From Antedon mediterranea (Eukaryota; Animalia; Echinodermata), in contig NC_092672.1 of the NCBI RefSeq assembly GCF_964355755.1, positions 2,542,001-2,606,000 on the forward strand: 64,000 nucleotides of DNA, read 5' to 3'. A model generated the notes under the pieces. The model saw only the letters and a list, made by a program, of their open reading frames with translations. It made no database searches and was not told the origin of the DNA. How positions within the stretch are numbered: position 1 is the first letter of the stretch; each line of letters opens with the position of its first letter. Below, one piece after another: positions 1 through 12,526 of the stretch. A program made the position numbers and the translations under genes.

Positions 1-276
1 AATTTAATGTCTTTTGAATTACAATTATACGTACGTGCAGTACTAGCCTAGACCTATCGTTTTGTTATTAAAATACATGCAAATGAGCATGACATGCGGA
101 AGTAAATGGTGACCTTTAACTTTTTCAGGTACGCCTTTTAAACACCGTGTACTTTTTGTGCTGTATCATTTGGGTTGCTGCTGCATGAGGAAACTGTTTG
201 AAAGGGTTTTCTGCACCATTACCACAAATACCAATTTTGTATTATCTTAGAATTCCAACGAAACTCTACTACCATA

Positions 277-3200
277 ATGGCAGAGTAAGTTTCTAGCTTT
301 TTATATCATTTAGTTTGTGTAAGAAATAGTAGCCGGTGTTCCATTTGTTAGCAGCCAGGCAGGCAGGGAATTTTCAGGGCCGGCGGGAGGAGAGGGAACA
401 GGTTTATGAGAGTAGGCTGGAACTAAGGATAGGCTAGGCCTACTGAATGCCAGCCTACACTTTAGTTAAGAAGCCGCGTATTCATGTCACACAAGGAGAG
501 GAAGGAGCTGACTGAATTAAATTTGACCTACTGAAGTATTCATAAGAATATTAATATTGAATATGTTAATTGTTATTGTTTAACATCAATCAAGTACAAA
601 ATAGTGTGTAATTATTTAATGTGAATTTCAATTTTTGTGGTAGCCAAATATCTTTCAAGTTTCTCTATGTCTATCACACTCCCCATCTTAAATCTTTCAG
701 AAAAACAGTTGTAACGTACCTCAGAATGACAAAACTAATTTTCCATTTTAGAAGTCCTTTTTTATAAGAAACAAAGAAACAGCGAGCTAGGCCTATTCTG
801 TTTGCGTCTTTCCCGTTACCTTTTATATTCAAAAAGCTTTTCAGCCAGGAAGCAATTGTAGTGCAACAATGCAGTTACAATACAATGATATAAGAATCGG
901 CCATTGTATCCATAATCTGGCATCAGATTTGTTGTGAATGACTCTGCACTTGTATGTACACCAGGATATTATTGAGTTGGTTACAGTTATATTGATAACA
1001 CTTAGCAGATTTAAAATGTTTTTTTATTGAATAAATTCTGTATAGTCAATAGCCTGGGAGAGGGGAGGGGGGATGGTTGGTTGTTAGCCTGGGTACAAAA
1101 CTTTGCAAAAAATGAGTGGGTGGGGTATACTGTACAGGTATACTCGGTCATACAGTATGGTGGGTATGGAAAGTTTGTAATAATTCTGTTTCAGTTTCAA
1201 TGTCTAGAATCCCTATAAATTATTCCAAACATAAATATAGGCAACTTCTGTGAAGAAATTTATAACTAAAACTTTTTATTCAACAATATAGTAAAGTAAA
1301 GGCCTCGCAACACTTTCACCCATTCATTTCTGCTAGTCATACCACTACAAGGAAATGGTTTTTATTTTAATTCACTTCCTTCTACAAGTGGTAGCACAAA
1401 CCTATATTTTATTTACTTTTAATAATATTGTCTATATAATTTTGTTTGTTGAAAGAAAAATTGAAAAAGTCCTTGCACATTTATTATTAAACATAAGAAC
1501 GATATTGAATACACAAACGCTTGCATACACTGAACCAAATTCATTGTTTTAATCCGTCATATACTGTACATAATAAAACTTGTGCGGCTATTGCCAAAAT
1601 AAGGTATTAACTATTAATAGTAGGCCTACAGTACACACACCCTCATTTGATTTTGTAAAATAAACTCTGTCTGGAGAAAAACAGTTGTTTTTCCAAACCA
1701 CTGTCTAATAAAATAGCATACCATATTTAATTGAGTCGGAATATCCTATACGCACCAATGCTTAACATAATTATTATCTACAGTATACATTGTAGTACTG
1801 TATGCTACTATTATTATTGCTAAATGTCATGAATCCAGCATAGATTTTTAAATGGCTTTTGAAGTGGCAATTGAGAATTGATTAACAACGTTAATTCATT
1901 CAGCTGTATGGTGTTGCACTCAGTGAATTAGTTTAACTGTAGAGAAAAAGAAAATGAGAAAATCTTGTTTCAGCCACTCTACACTATTAAACTAGTTAGA
2001 CAAAAAAAATGTGATGTGCCCAAATATGGTAGTGATCTGCTTAAATATGGTAGTGATCTGCTTAAATATGGTAGTGATTGATATGCTTAAATATGGTAGT
2101 GATATGACATCATCATGTCCATATAATAGGCACATCACATTTTGTTGTCACATAAAGTTTGATAGTGTAGACAAGAGCTATCCCTGTACTAATATAAATT
2201 GTGATGATGTGTGATTGAACTTTTTACCTAATCACAATTGGCTAAAAAAAACCTATTTATACAGTTACCAAAAAATAAACTTTTTATTATTAATATAAAT
2301 TACTGTAGAAAGTCTATTGATTGCATATTGTGTCTTTTTGTGGTTTTTGCCTACAGTAAGACACATTGTAATAGTAATAACCTAATATTACTGCAAACTT
2401 TTATCTCATAAATAATCAATTTATTGTGAATTTAAATTACAAATTCTTCTGGAATGTTGATCAAATATTTGATAAAAAGAATTTTTTGCTTACTTTTTCT
2501 AACCTACCTATATGACCTAACTTTTTAATTTTTTTTTTTACATTTAAAAAATATTTATTTTAAAACCATTCATTTTATACTCTCTACAGTGTTAATCATA
2601 TCATTTATATTTCTTTCAGAGCTGATATTGCTCTAATTGGTTTGGCCGTCATGGTAAGAATGTTGTTATTATATTATTTTCATATTTCTTAATATTTACT
2701 AACTTCAGTAATGGAAAAATTAAATACAAAATCAAAGGTTGTTCCTGTCTGAAATCTTGCATTCTATACATAATTAATGTTACATTCATCTATTGTAATA
2801 TTCTTGGGTATTTCCCCTAAAACTTTTTCTTAAAGTGTTAAGCTCTGTCTACACTACCAAACTTTATGTGACAAAGAAATTTGATGTGCCCATATATGGA
2901 CATGATGATGTCATATCACTTCCATATTTGGGCACATCACTGCCATATTTGGGCACTTTATTACTGTAGTTTTCTTTTGTATTTGCAGGGTCAGAATCTT
3001 ATTCTGAACATGAATGACCATGGCTTTGTGGTAAGAATCAGTCTCATTTGCCTTTTATACCCCTTTCACACCAAACTCCGGAGTGTCTCCGGAGACACCC
3101 CGGCGTTTATGACCATTCAAAACGTCGAAACTCCGGAGATACCCCTTTCACACCAACCTAGCAACACCGGGGTTTATCGATCATTAGAATAATTTTAATT

Positions 3201-6200
3201 AACAATATTTTTAATTTAATAATTACTTTCAAAAGCCTCAGAAGTAATATAATATTTTATTGATACTACTTATTATTTTTTAAACCCGCTATATATTTTG
3301 TACAAATATTTAAAGTATTTAAATAAAACTAAAGCAATGAGTGATCGTGTGAGGATGACCTTTTGACCCGAAACACTCCGGAGTTTGATGTTGGTACCTT
3401 TCACACCAAAACACCGGGGTGTCCCCGCAGTTCGCTCTCCGGAGAATGTTCAGCTGTTCAACCCCGCAGTTTTAAACTCCGGAGTTGCTTATTTTACCTT
3501 TCACACCAAACAGCGGGGCGTCAACTCCGGGGTGTCTCCGGAGTTTTGCTTTTGGTGTGAAAGGGGTATTACAGTAGTGCAAGAAAGCAAAGGAGTGTTG
3601 TAATGTATTTATAACATCTTTTCTGTCCTCATTTTCTTGCAATTTTCTGGACGTAATTTTCTACAGAATTTTGCTTTTGAATTTGCAGTAGAACCTCTAT
3701 TAAAGGGACACATATAGGACATAATAAACTGTCCCCTTAATAGAGGTGTCCCCTGAATAGAGGGGTCCCCTGAATAGAGGGGTCCCCTGAATAGAGGTGT
3801 CCCGAAGGAATAGTTCTACCGTATTTATAAAAATCTTTTCTGCCCTAATAATTTCAAATGTATAGAAAAGAAAAAGACTAATATCATGTATTGATTTGTA
3901 GGTATGTGCATACAACCGTACGGTTGAGAAGGTTGATAAGTTCCTTGCAAACGAAGCAAAAGGAACTAAAATCATTGGTGCTCGCTCACTGGACGAGATG
4001 GTGAAGAAATTGAAGAAGCCACGACGCGTGATGATGCTGGTCAAGGCCGGGTCAGCAGTAGATGCCTTTATTGACCAACTGGTGAGCTGCTTCAATTTTC
4101 TTGACTTACAGCCTTACAAGTGAATCAAGTTAGGAACTAACATACGTTGATAAAATATAGATTTGTTAACAGTAATATACACCAAATATGATCTTATTTT
4201 CTAGGTACCATTACTTGAGAAGGGTGACATCATCATTGATGGTGGTAATTCAGAATACACAGACTCAAGGGTGAGTAGAAATGTTTAGCATGAAAAATCT
4301 AGGGCCCTTCCTTAAGGACTACAGGGTCTATCTACCAAGTAACCAAGTAGGCCTCTCCTACAGTTTATAATGTAATAGTACTTTACTATTTATAAACTAT
4401 TAGTATATCCTGTAGTACAAGATACTTGTTTTCTCCTTTAAAGCGACGTCATAAAAGCCTAAAAGAAAAAGGCCTGTTGTTTGTTGGTAGCGGAGTGAGT
4501 GGCGGTGAGGACGGTGCCCGCTACGGACCCTCCCTGATGCCTGGTGGAGAGCCAGAAGCTTGGTAAACTTATTATTATTTTTATTAGAATTAAGTGGTTA
4601 TGTAGGGCAAGTAATATTGGTTGTGTAGGGCAAGGAGTGTTGGTTGTGTAGGGCGAATAGTGTTTGTTGTGTAGGGCGAGTAATATTGGTTGTGTAGGGC
4701 AAGTAGTGTTGGTTGTGTAGGGCGAATAGTGTTTGTTGTGTAGGGCGAGTAATGTTGGTTGTGTAGGGCGAGTAGTGTTGGTTGTGTAGGGCGAGTTGTG
4801 TAGGGCGAGTAGTGTTTGTTGTGTAGGGCGAGTAGTGTTTGTTGTGTAGGGCGAGTAATGTTTGTTGTGTAGGGCGAGTAATGTTGGTTGTGTAGGGTGA
4901 GTAGTGTTGGTTGTGTAGGGCGAGTAGTGTTTGTTGTGTAGGGCGAGTAGTGTTTGTTGTGTAGGGCGAGTAGTGTTTGTTGTGTAGGGCGAGTAGTGTT
5001 GGTTGTGTAGGGCGAGTAGTGTTGGTTGTGTAGGGCGAGTAGTGTTGGTTGTGTAGGGCGAGTAGTGTTGGTTGTGTAGGGCGAGTAGTGTTTGTTGTGT
5101 AGGGCGAGTAGTGTTTGTTGTGTAGGGCGAGTAGTGTTTGTTGTGTAGGGCGAGTAGTGTTTGTTGTGTAGGGCGAGTAGTGTTGGTTGTGTAGGGCGAG
5201 TAGTGTTTGTTGTGTAGGGCGAGTAGTGTTTGTTGTGTAGGGCGAGTAGTGTTTGTTGTGTAGGGCGAGTAGTGTTTGTTGTGTAGGGCGAGTAGTGTTG
5301 GTTGTGTAGGGCGAGTAGTGTTGGTTGTGTAGGGCGAGTAGTGTTGGTTGTGTAGGGCGAGTAGTGTTGGTTGTGTAGGGCGAGTAGTGTTTGTTGTGTA
5401 GGGCGAGTAGTGTTTGTTGTGTAGGGCGAGTAGTGTTTGTTGTGTAGGGCGAGTAGTGTTTGTTGTGTAGGGCGAGTAGTGTTTGTTGTGTAGGGCGAGT
5501 AGTGTTTGTTGTGTAGGGCGAGTAGTGTTTGTTGTGTAGGGCGAGTAATGATAATGGAATACTGTACTAATGTTTTTGTATATTCCACAGGCCTCACATC
5601 AAAGACATCTTTCAAGGTATTGCAGCAAAGGTTGGCAGTGAACCTTGCTGTGACTGGGTAAGCAAGACTATGGGTCGGGTCAAATAAACAACCATAACAT
5701 ACACTCACTTTGTATTGTTGATCTTTTATACAATCCAGGAATGAGATAATTTACATAAATGTATTATTTTAGAATTTACTAATTTTGTCTATTTTTAAGT
5801 CTAAATACAATTACTGCAATGACAATTTTCAAATTGCATTTGTGTAGGTTGGGGAAGATGGCGCAGGACATTTCGTAAAGATGGTCCATAACGGAATTGA
5901 GTATGGAGACATGCAGTTGATTTGCGAAGCTTACAGTTTGATGAAGGACGCCCTCGGAATGAGTCCTGGAGAAATGAGTGAGGTGAGATACACATGTCAA
6001 ATAGACATTTTTTTCACTCTTTTTTTGGCAATAGCCCCTTCAACAATTTCCCATAATGCATACAAATTAACACTTGCATTTTTGAATATCATCTACTTAC
6101 AGGTGTTCACAGAATGGAACAAAGGAGAATTGGATTCATTCCTTATTGAAATAACAAAAGACATTCTGGCCTACAAAGATGTAGATGGTGAATATTTGGT

Positions 6201-8117
6201 GGAAAAAATCAAAGACGCAGCTGGACAGGTAAATCATTTACCGAGCCCCTCTACGCTTAATAATTAACTCAAACAAGAGAACCGATTGTTTTACCATGTT
6301 ACATATTATATTTAATATCATAGCAAACATGATTTGATATATTTTTATCAGTCTTTTATTTGTCTAAAGCTCTGTTTACACTATTAAACTTTACGTGACA
6401 ACAAAATGTGATGTGCCCATATATGGACATGATGATGTCATATCACTACCATATTTGGGCACATCACACTAGTTTGACAGTGTAGACAGAGCTTTACAAA
6501 TCCACCTCCTCCTTCTCCTTCTTTCCATCTGTACTTTATAATGTATTTGATTTTTTAAAATAATGTTATACAGAAAGGAACTGGTAAATGGACTGCAATT
6601 TCTGCATTGGAGTATGGTATGCCTGTAACGCTTATTGGTATGTATCAAAGTACAGTGTTGTGATATATTTACAGTATATTAAATGTGTATACTGTATATC
6701 TGTTTTACTGTTCTTCAGAAAGGACTGTTCTGCAGAATATAGCACCAAAAATAGAAATCAATCAAGCATAACAAACACCTGTGTAACACCTGCATTTTTC
6801 TTTGTTATTGCTTTGCAGGTGAAGCTGTATTTGCTCGTTGTTTGTCTTCTCTCAAGGATGAAAGAGTGACGGCAAGCTCGCAACTGTCTGGCCCAGAAGT
6901 TACTAAATATGATGGCGACAAAAAGGCGTTTATTGAGGACATCAGACAGGTACTTTTTCTTTTCTAGAAATTCTGAAAAAAAACCTCACCCAAACCACCC
7001 AGAAACTTGTTACTACTTTTTTTTTATTTCTAGGCTTTGTATGCCTCAAAGATTGTATCATATGCCCAAGGCTTCATGCTGATGCGAGAGGCTGCAAAAG
7101 AGTTCAACTGGACTCTTAACTATGGTGGCATTGCCCTCATGTGGCGTGGAGGCTGCATCATCAGAAGGTATGTTGCTTAAATTGTTATTTTTAGCACCTT
7201 TTGATTATTTTATTTTTTTGGCTCAATATACATGTTTGATTCTGATTTTTTTCTTCTATTAAGTTTCCGCCTTCAGTAAGTTGAAGATTTGTTTGTAGTG
7301 TTTTCGGTGTTATAAATATTTTTGTTTTTTTAAAGTCGTTTTCTAGGAAACATCAAAGAAGCATTTGAGAAGAATGCCTCTTTGCGAAACCTTCTGCTTG
7401 ACGACTTCTTCAAGACAGAGATTCTAAAATGCCAGAAGGCTTGGCGTAAAGTAGTGTCTCAAGCCGTACTCCTTGGCATCCCCACACCAGCATTCAGCAC
7501 TGCTCTGGCATTCTTTGATGGCTACAGGTCGGCTAGGCTTCCTGCCAATCTTATACAGGTAAGCTCTTCCTCAATCTACCTCTGGTCTTTGATTGTAAGA
7601 TCTTTTCTCTTTAGAACCCCAACACCAGTAGAAATATTTTATCAGTTGCAAATTTAACCTAATAGCATCTTAGCATAAACTTAACCAAGGCAATCTAACA
7701 GGATGCTGAGCTCTAGTGATCAAAGGGTTTATCTGTGGCTGTGACATGATCAGTTCCACGCCCCTTAACAGACACCACGCGCCGCAGAGAATATATAAAT
7801 ACTACAGTACTGTTGGTATTTGTCGCAGCCAGATATAATAGCAAAGGACTGCTACGAGTTCGTATCTTGGCAAGGCGAGCTCAGTGTCCTGTTGTTAGAT
7901 TGCCTCGACTTAACCAATTTTTTTAATATTCCAAAATACTTTATACACCTTGATTACCTATACAACCAATTACTTTAACCTCTTTTTTTTTTTGCAGGCT
8001 CAGCGAGATTATTTTGGTGCACACACCTATGAACTGTTAGCCAGCCCTGGCAAGTTTGTACACACCAACTGGACAGGTCATGGTGGAAATGTCTCCTCAA
8101 GCACCTACAATGCATAA
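277..8117 (+). CDS. PGD: 6-phosphogluconate dehydrogenase, decarboxylating; 14 exons: 277-284, 2620-2653, 2989-3030, 3902-4081, 4205-4270, 4444-4562, 5591-5657, 5848-5982, 6103-6228, 6574-6637, 6819-6949, 7034-7167, 7336-7558, 7998-8117
   Basis: GT-AG exons join in frame to 1449 nt (482 aa): [35 protein letters not shown]..., [86 protein letters not shown]...[18 protein letters not shown]. Confidence 0.97.
3058..3568. mobile_element. MITE, PIF/Harbinger-like, in PGD intron 3
   Basis: Terminal inverted repeats TACCCCTTTCACACCAAA...TTTGGTGTGAAAGGGGTA, TTA on both sides, internal re-use of CCTTTCACACCAAA/CTCCGGAG motifs. Confidence 0.8.
3686..3822. mobile_element. Short Tc1/pogo-like MITE (related copies ~56075-56170 and ~58150-58305)
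   Basis: Ends CAGTAGAAC...GTTCTACCG(TA); internal GTCCCCTGAATAGAGG repeats recur at the other loci. Confidence 0.55.
4594..5548. repeat. 23-bp minisatellite (~40 copies) in PGD intron 6
   Basis: Unit GTAGTGTT(T/G)GTTGTGTAGGGCGA; explains the repetitive minus-strand ORF 4590-5708 (23-aa period = 3 units). Confidence 0.95.
6368..6493. mobile_element. High-copy MITE family (TIR AGCTCTGTCTACACTATCAAAC); other copies ~1975-2180, 2840-2960, 26045-26180, 28380-28630, 32074-32235, 32990-33120, 34355-34512, 38307-38440, 61720-61885
   Basis: Shared TIRs and internal GTGATGTGCCCATATATGGACATGATGATGTCATATCACTACCATATTTGGGCACATCAC core; TAA/TTA flanks typical of PIF/Harbinger. Confidence 0.85.
7686..7908. 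mobile_element. MITE with TIR AGGCAATCTAACAGGATGCTGAGCTC; related inverted copy ~8928-9226
   Basis: Imperfect terminal inverted repeats; internal sequence homologous between the two loci. Confidence 0.6.
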
Positions 8118-10242
8118 ATGGTCAAAGGTCATTATTACCAAGTGACCTAAAGCGGTTAAAGTTCACCACCAATGTCTATGAAGTTGTAAACCCACCATTT
8201 TCACATAAAAAAAAACGTAAAGTGAGGTGAAAGTTGAACATGCTATTGGTCTTTCTATACTGGTAATAACGAAATAAAATGAAGAATTAATTAAATAGGG
8301 ATTTTTTTGTAATTAGAACTTATATATATATATATACAGCATCTGTACTAGTAATAATAGAAATTGTAATTTAGCTAATGAATAATTTGTTGTTACTGTA
8401 GAAAGAAATGGTGTAATGTTGGGGTGTTTTTTTATAGGTAAATGAAATAGAAATATTTAATTTAAAAAGACCATGTGACTTAATGTATTCCAAAACCTTT
8501 ATCCATCTTTAATAATTCCATAAATTACAAATAAATATTGAACACATAGGCTATGTGTATCATAGTGTCTTCCTGTCCCAAGACCCGCACTGATGAGGGA
8601 CTGGCTAACAACAGATAAAATCGTGTATTGCTTTTTATGTTTTTGGTACAATACCAGTCAAACATTGTTTACCATTCCATTAATTTTTTTGAAAGTTTGA
8701 AATATTATAACTAGATATTATATATCAAAGAATATATTTAGTAATAGTAAATAAGTTTATATCGCATTTTTTAAAGAATGAAATAGCAGCATTATATGTT
8801 GGTTAAACGTTTGTAGGGTATTCTCTGTTTTGGGTAAATGATATCAAAGAATTAACAACTCTTGAAATAAAAAAAAATTAAAAAAAAAAGTTTTGAGTCC
8901 GCAATGCGAGTTTGTTTCGAGTATCATCAAGGCGATGGCACTGAGCTCGTCTTGCCAAGATAGGAACTCGTAACAGTCCTCTGATCTTATGTCTGGTTGC
9001 GACAGCTACCAACAGTAATGTATAAGGCTTGTGTATGTATTCTCCGCGACGCGCGGTGCATGCCTGTTAAAGTGGCGCGGAACTGATCTTGTCGCAGACT
9101 ACTGTACTATGTATGTTTTCACCACAGCGCACGGTGTCTGTTTAAGCGTCGTCGTTGAACTGATCGTGTCACAGCCACAGGTAAACCCTTTGATCTTCAG
9201 AGCTCAGCATCCTGTAGATTGCCTTTGTATCATTCAGCAAGTAATACACACATTGTGAACAAATATGAGCGGACAGATTTTTCTTACTTTATTTTTTTCA
9301 TACACTGTGATTCCTTTCTGTGTTTTTCGTTTTCAAATATATGACGTAATGGCATCATGTAACGTTTCAAAAATGGAAATGATGCAAAAATACTAATACA
9401 ATACACACAAGATAAAGTTTCCGGTCACATGATGAGAAATTAATATTTGTTGTTGGAATAAAAATTACATATTTACATACATAACAATGTCAATCAATAT
9501 ACTTGTTTACTATTCCTCAATTGTAAACAAAACAAAACAATTTGTAAATCGACGAAAAACAAGTTATTTTAAAAGATGGCCGTTGTTTTATTTCCACTAC
9601 TAAAAAACATAATGTAACTGTTTTTTTAGGGTTTTTTTTGTTAATAGAAGGTTGACCAACACGCCTGCCGAGATTAGTGGTTCTGTTGTTAAATTGTTTT
9701 TATAGTTAAGCTACAACTATAGACCGCCTGTATTATGTATGATTATTCACGCCAGTTTGATGCTGGTATATTCAACACTATATAGTAGTCTATACGATTC
9801 AAATAACCAACATTTTAGCATACGTTACTTAGAAGTGAATTTAATGTAGTATAGATCGTAAAATAGACCGTAAACAATGTCCCCAACTAAAAAAAACAAC
9901 CCCATCCCCCACATGCCCTCAGGCAACCACAATTGTTTAGGTTCAATCAACATATTAAAATCATATCTAATACACACAGCACTGTATTAATCTAGAACAT
10001 CACTATCAATAATCATTGAACTTTAGAATTTATTCAATTGCTGTTAGACCTAGATAAACGTTATTCGTCACTCGATACCGTGAAGAGTAGCCGATATGAT
10101 ACTGCATGTTGGTAGTATACCATTTTGGCGTATATAAAAACAGTACTACTGTATAGGCTTAGTGTGTTACTTTAATGGTGTTCATATTTCGTTTGGCTAC
10201 CAAATCGTTTAACGATATGATGTGATACGGTAACGTAACATT

Positions 10243-10527
10243 ATGGAGTCGAACCATGGCGTCAGTGTTGCCAGTGAGTCGGGCCAGACACCACTGCTTG
10301 GTAACAAACAACCAGATAAACTTTACGGAGCTACAGATTTCGGCAATAAACCTGTTGATATTCAACCACATTATTCAGGAGCAACTGACTATGATTACGA
10401 GAATGAGGCTGACAGCATAAGGACTGAGGGGGACCGTGTTTTTCTATGTGGATCTTGTCTCACCTGCTGCCTTTGTTGTTTACAGTGTTTCATGTGTTGT
10501 TTTAATTTTGTTGAAATTTTAAAGTAG
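10243..10527 (+). CDS. Small single-exon protein with Cys-rich hydrophobic C-terminus (CYSTM-like, probably palmitoylated/tail-anchored)
   Basis: 94-aa ORF; polar N-terminus with QTPLL and YGAT motifs; C-terminal FLCGSCLTCCLCCLQCFMCCF; TATATAAAAA at ~10131; AATAAA at ~11088. Confidence 0.6.
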   Translation: MESNHGVSVASESGQTPLLGNKQPDKLYGATDFGNKPVDIQPHYSGATDYDYENEADSIRTEGDRVFLCGSCLTCCLCCLQCFMCCFNFVEILK

Positions 10528-12526
10528 ACTTCAAAATGCCTCATATCGGGATCAGACATTAAAAGAGATGAGATATAGATGAGCATAGCAGCACAAAATG
10601 TCTCATTACATATCGGGATCAGACATTACGGTAATTAAAAGAGATGAGATGAGTTATGGCAACACTAACTGCCGCATATCGAGATTGCGCACACAGAGAT
10701 GAGATGTCGAGTTATGGCAACACATTGAGATACGCCATGGACGCATCCCAGTGGTCAACATGGTCCGGCGTGTGGTCATCAGTTTCCGAAGTGTTTTACA
10801 AAGATGTGACAGTATCTTATCTAGCATAAATCACCCGAGTTCGATTTTGTTTGCATTTCTTAAAAACTAATTTTTTTATTTCAACTGTGGACGTCGATTT
10901 GACTGAAACTCTGCTACGTTTCTAAATTTTTATTTAGCTTTTTTATCCTATTTCTGTACGGTATATTAGACCGCTTAGCATTTTCTACCAATCTGTCTAA
11001 GAACAGATCAATTGTAAATTTTATCTCAGCATAACAAACAAGTGTATTGGTTTTGTAGGGTATGGTTACGCAAGCCAATGATGGACCAATAAATACGTTT
11101 AATAGAACGTGTAATTAAATATTACAAATTTAAATACATTTGTTATAGATAATTAAAAGAAAAATTACGCTAAAAAAAGAGGAAGATGACACTGCGACTC
11201 CACGGGGTCAAGCATTCTCAAGTTAAAATGAAGATAAGATTGTATTATTGGAACCTATATGTAATAAATCTTAAAATTAGCCAATTTTCACTGATTTTAT
11301 TTATTTAATGTGCCATTATATACAAATTTTACCGGCGGTAATCACCGCCGGTGAATCACAAATGACAAATCATAATGACTTATGAAAAATTGAAATAAAT
11401 TGAAAAAAAAATAAATTGAAAAAAAAAAAAAAATAAAAAAAAAATGAAATAAATTGAAAAATTGACAAATTGAATAATAATTCATGTATTCGTTAGCCAA
11501 AGATTATAATTATTGTTATTTTAACAATATACACTCTAAGAATTCAAATAGAATAGAAATAAAAGTAGAATTACATTTAAAATGCTCTATTATTCGTATT
11601 AATACTACAGCACAACAAACAAAAACAATAACATTGTTAGTTAGATTAACAAATTACAGAAACATCTATTAAAAAAGTAATTTATGATACCCTTAATAGC
11701 TTACCGGTAACTACAATCCATAAAGTTGCCAGACTACTGAAAATGTGATCTTAAAGTTTGTGCTGTAATCCCTGAGCACATTATTGTTATTGTTTATGAA
11801 AAAATATTTTTTAAAAGAAAAAATCCTACCATGCATAATCGTTTAACTTAGTCTAAACCTGGAACAGAATGTAGATTCTTAATACAGCATCACATGTGTT
11901 TCACATGTATCGCCTATTATAATATTATGATACTGGCACCTACTGATACTGGGGAAATAATCGTATGTAGAGATACAGCACTGAGTCGCGTTCCATTCTG
12001 ATTTCCTTGCCTCCATCTTCGCTTGAAATAGTTGATAACGTGTGACCATGCCATATCGACAACTAAACCTTACCACTGGATCTTTTCTGCATTTCGAGGT
12101 GTGGGAGATCTTCTTAAACCATTTTCATTAAAATAATTTGGAGTTTATTTTTCTAGATTAAGTTATGTGTTTCCATGACCATAAATATACACTGCAGTTG
12201 ATACTAACTAGAATAGTTTAACATTATGTGTAGATTTTGTTATGCTGTTATGCTTCTTCAAACTTAGTTTGATAGCAACTTATTTTTAAAAGATAAATAT
12301 TAAAATGCGTTTATTACGGTTTACAGTAGATTTGCCCTGTCTGTATTTTCTACCAGTCGATGTTTCGATTTTTGTTTTTGAGATCAAGTGTTATACGTAG
12401 GAAACGCAGTGTGTGCTACAATATTTATCCTTTTTTAAATGTATTATTTAATACAATCTATAACCTAGACTGGGTTTACAAGGAAGCGTGTGCAGATTTA
12501 CTACGGACTATTTTTGTAAGAGGATT

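Noticed and set aside
3700-4095. 131-aa minus-strand ORF
   Set aside because: Antisense shadow of PGD exon 4 plus a MITE
4590-5708. 372-aa repetitive ORF, or a CRISPR-like array
   Set aside because: Head-to-tail 23-bp minisatellite without unique spacers, lying in a PGD intron; the ORF is a by-product
8586-8620. CTGATGAG motif downstream of PGD
   Set aside because: No stem II or GAAA partner
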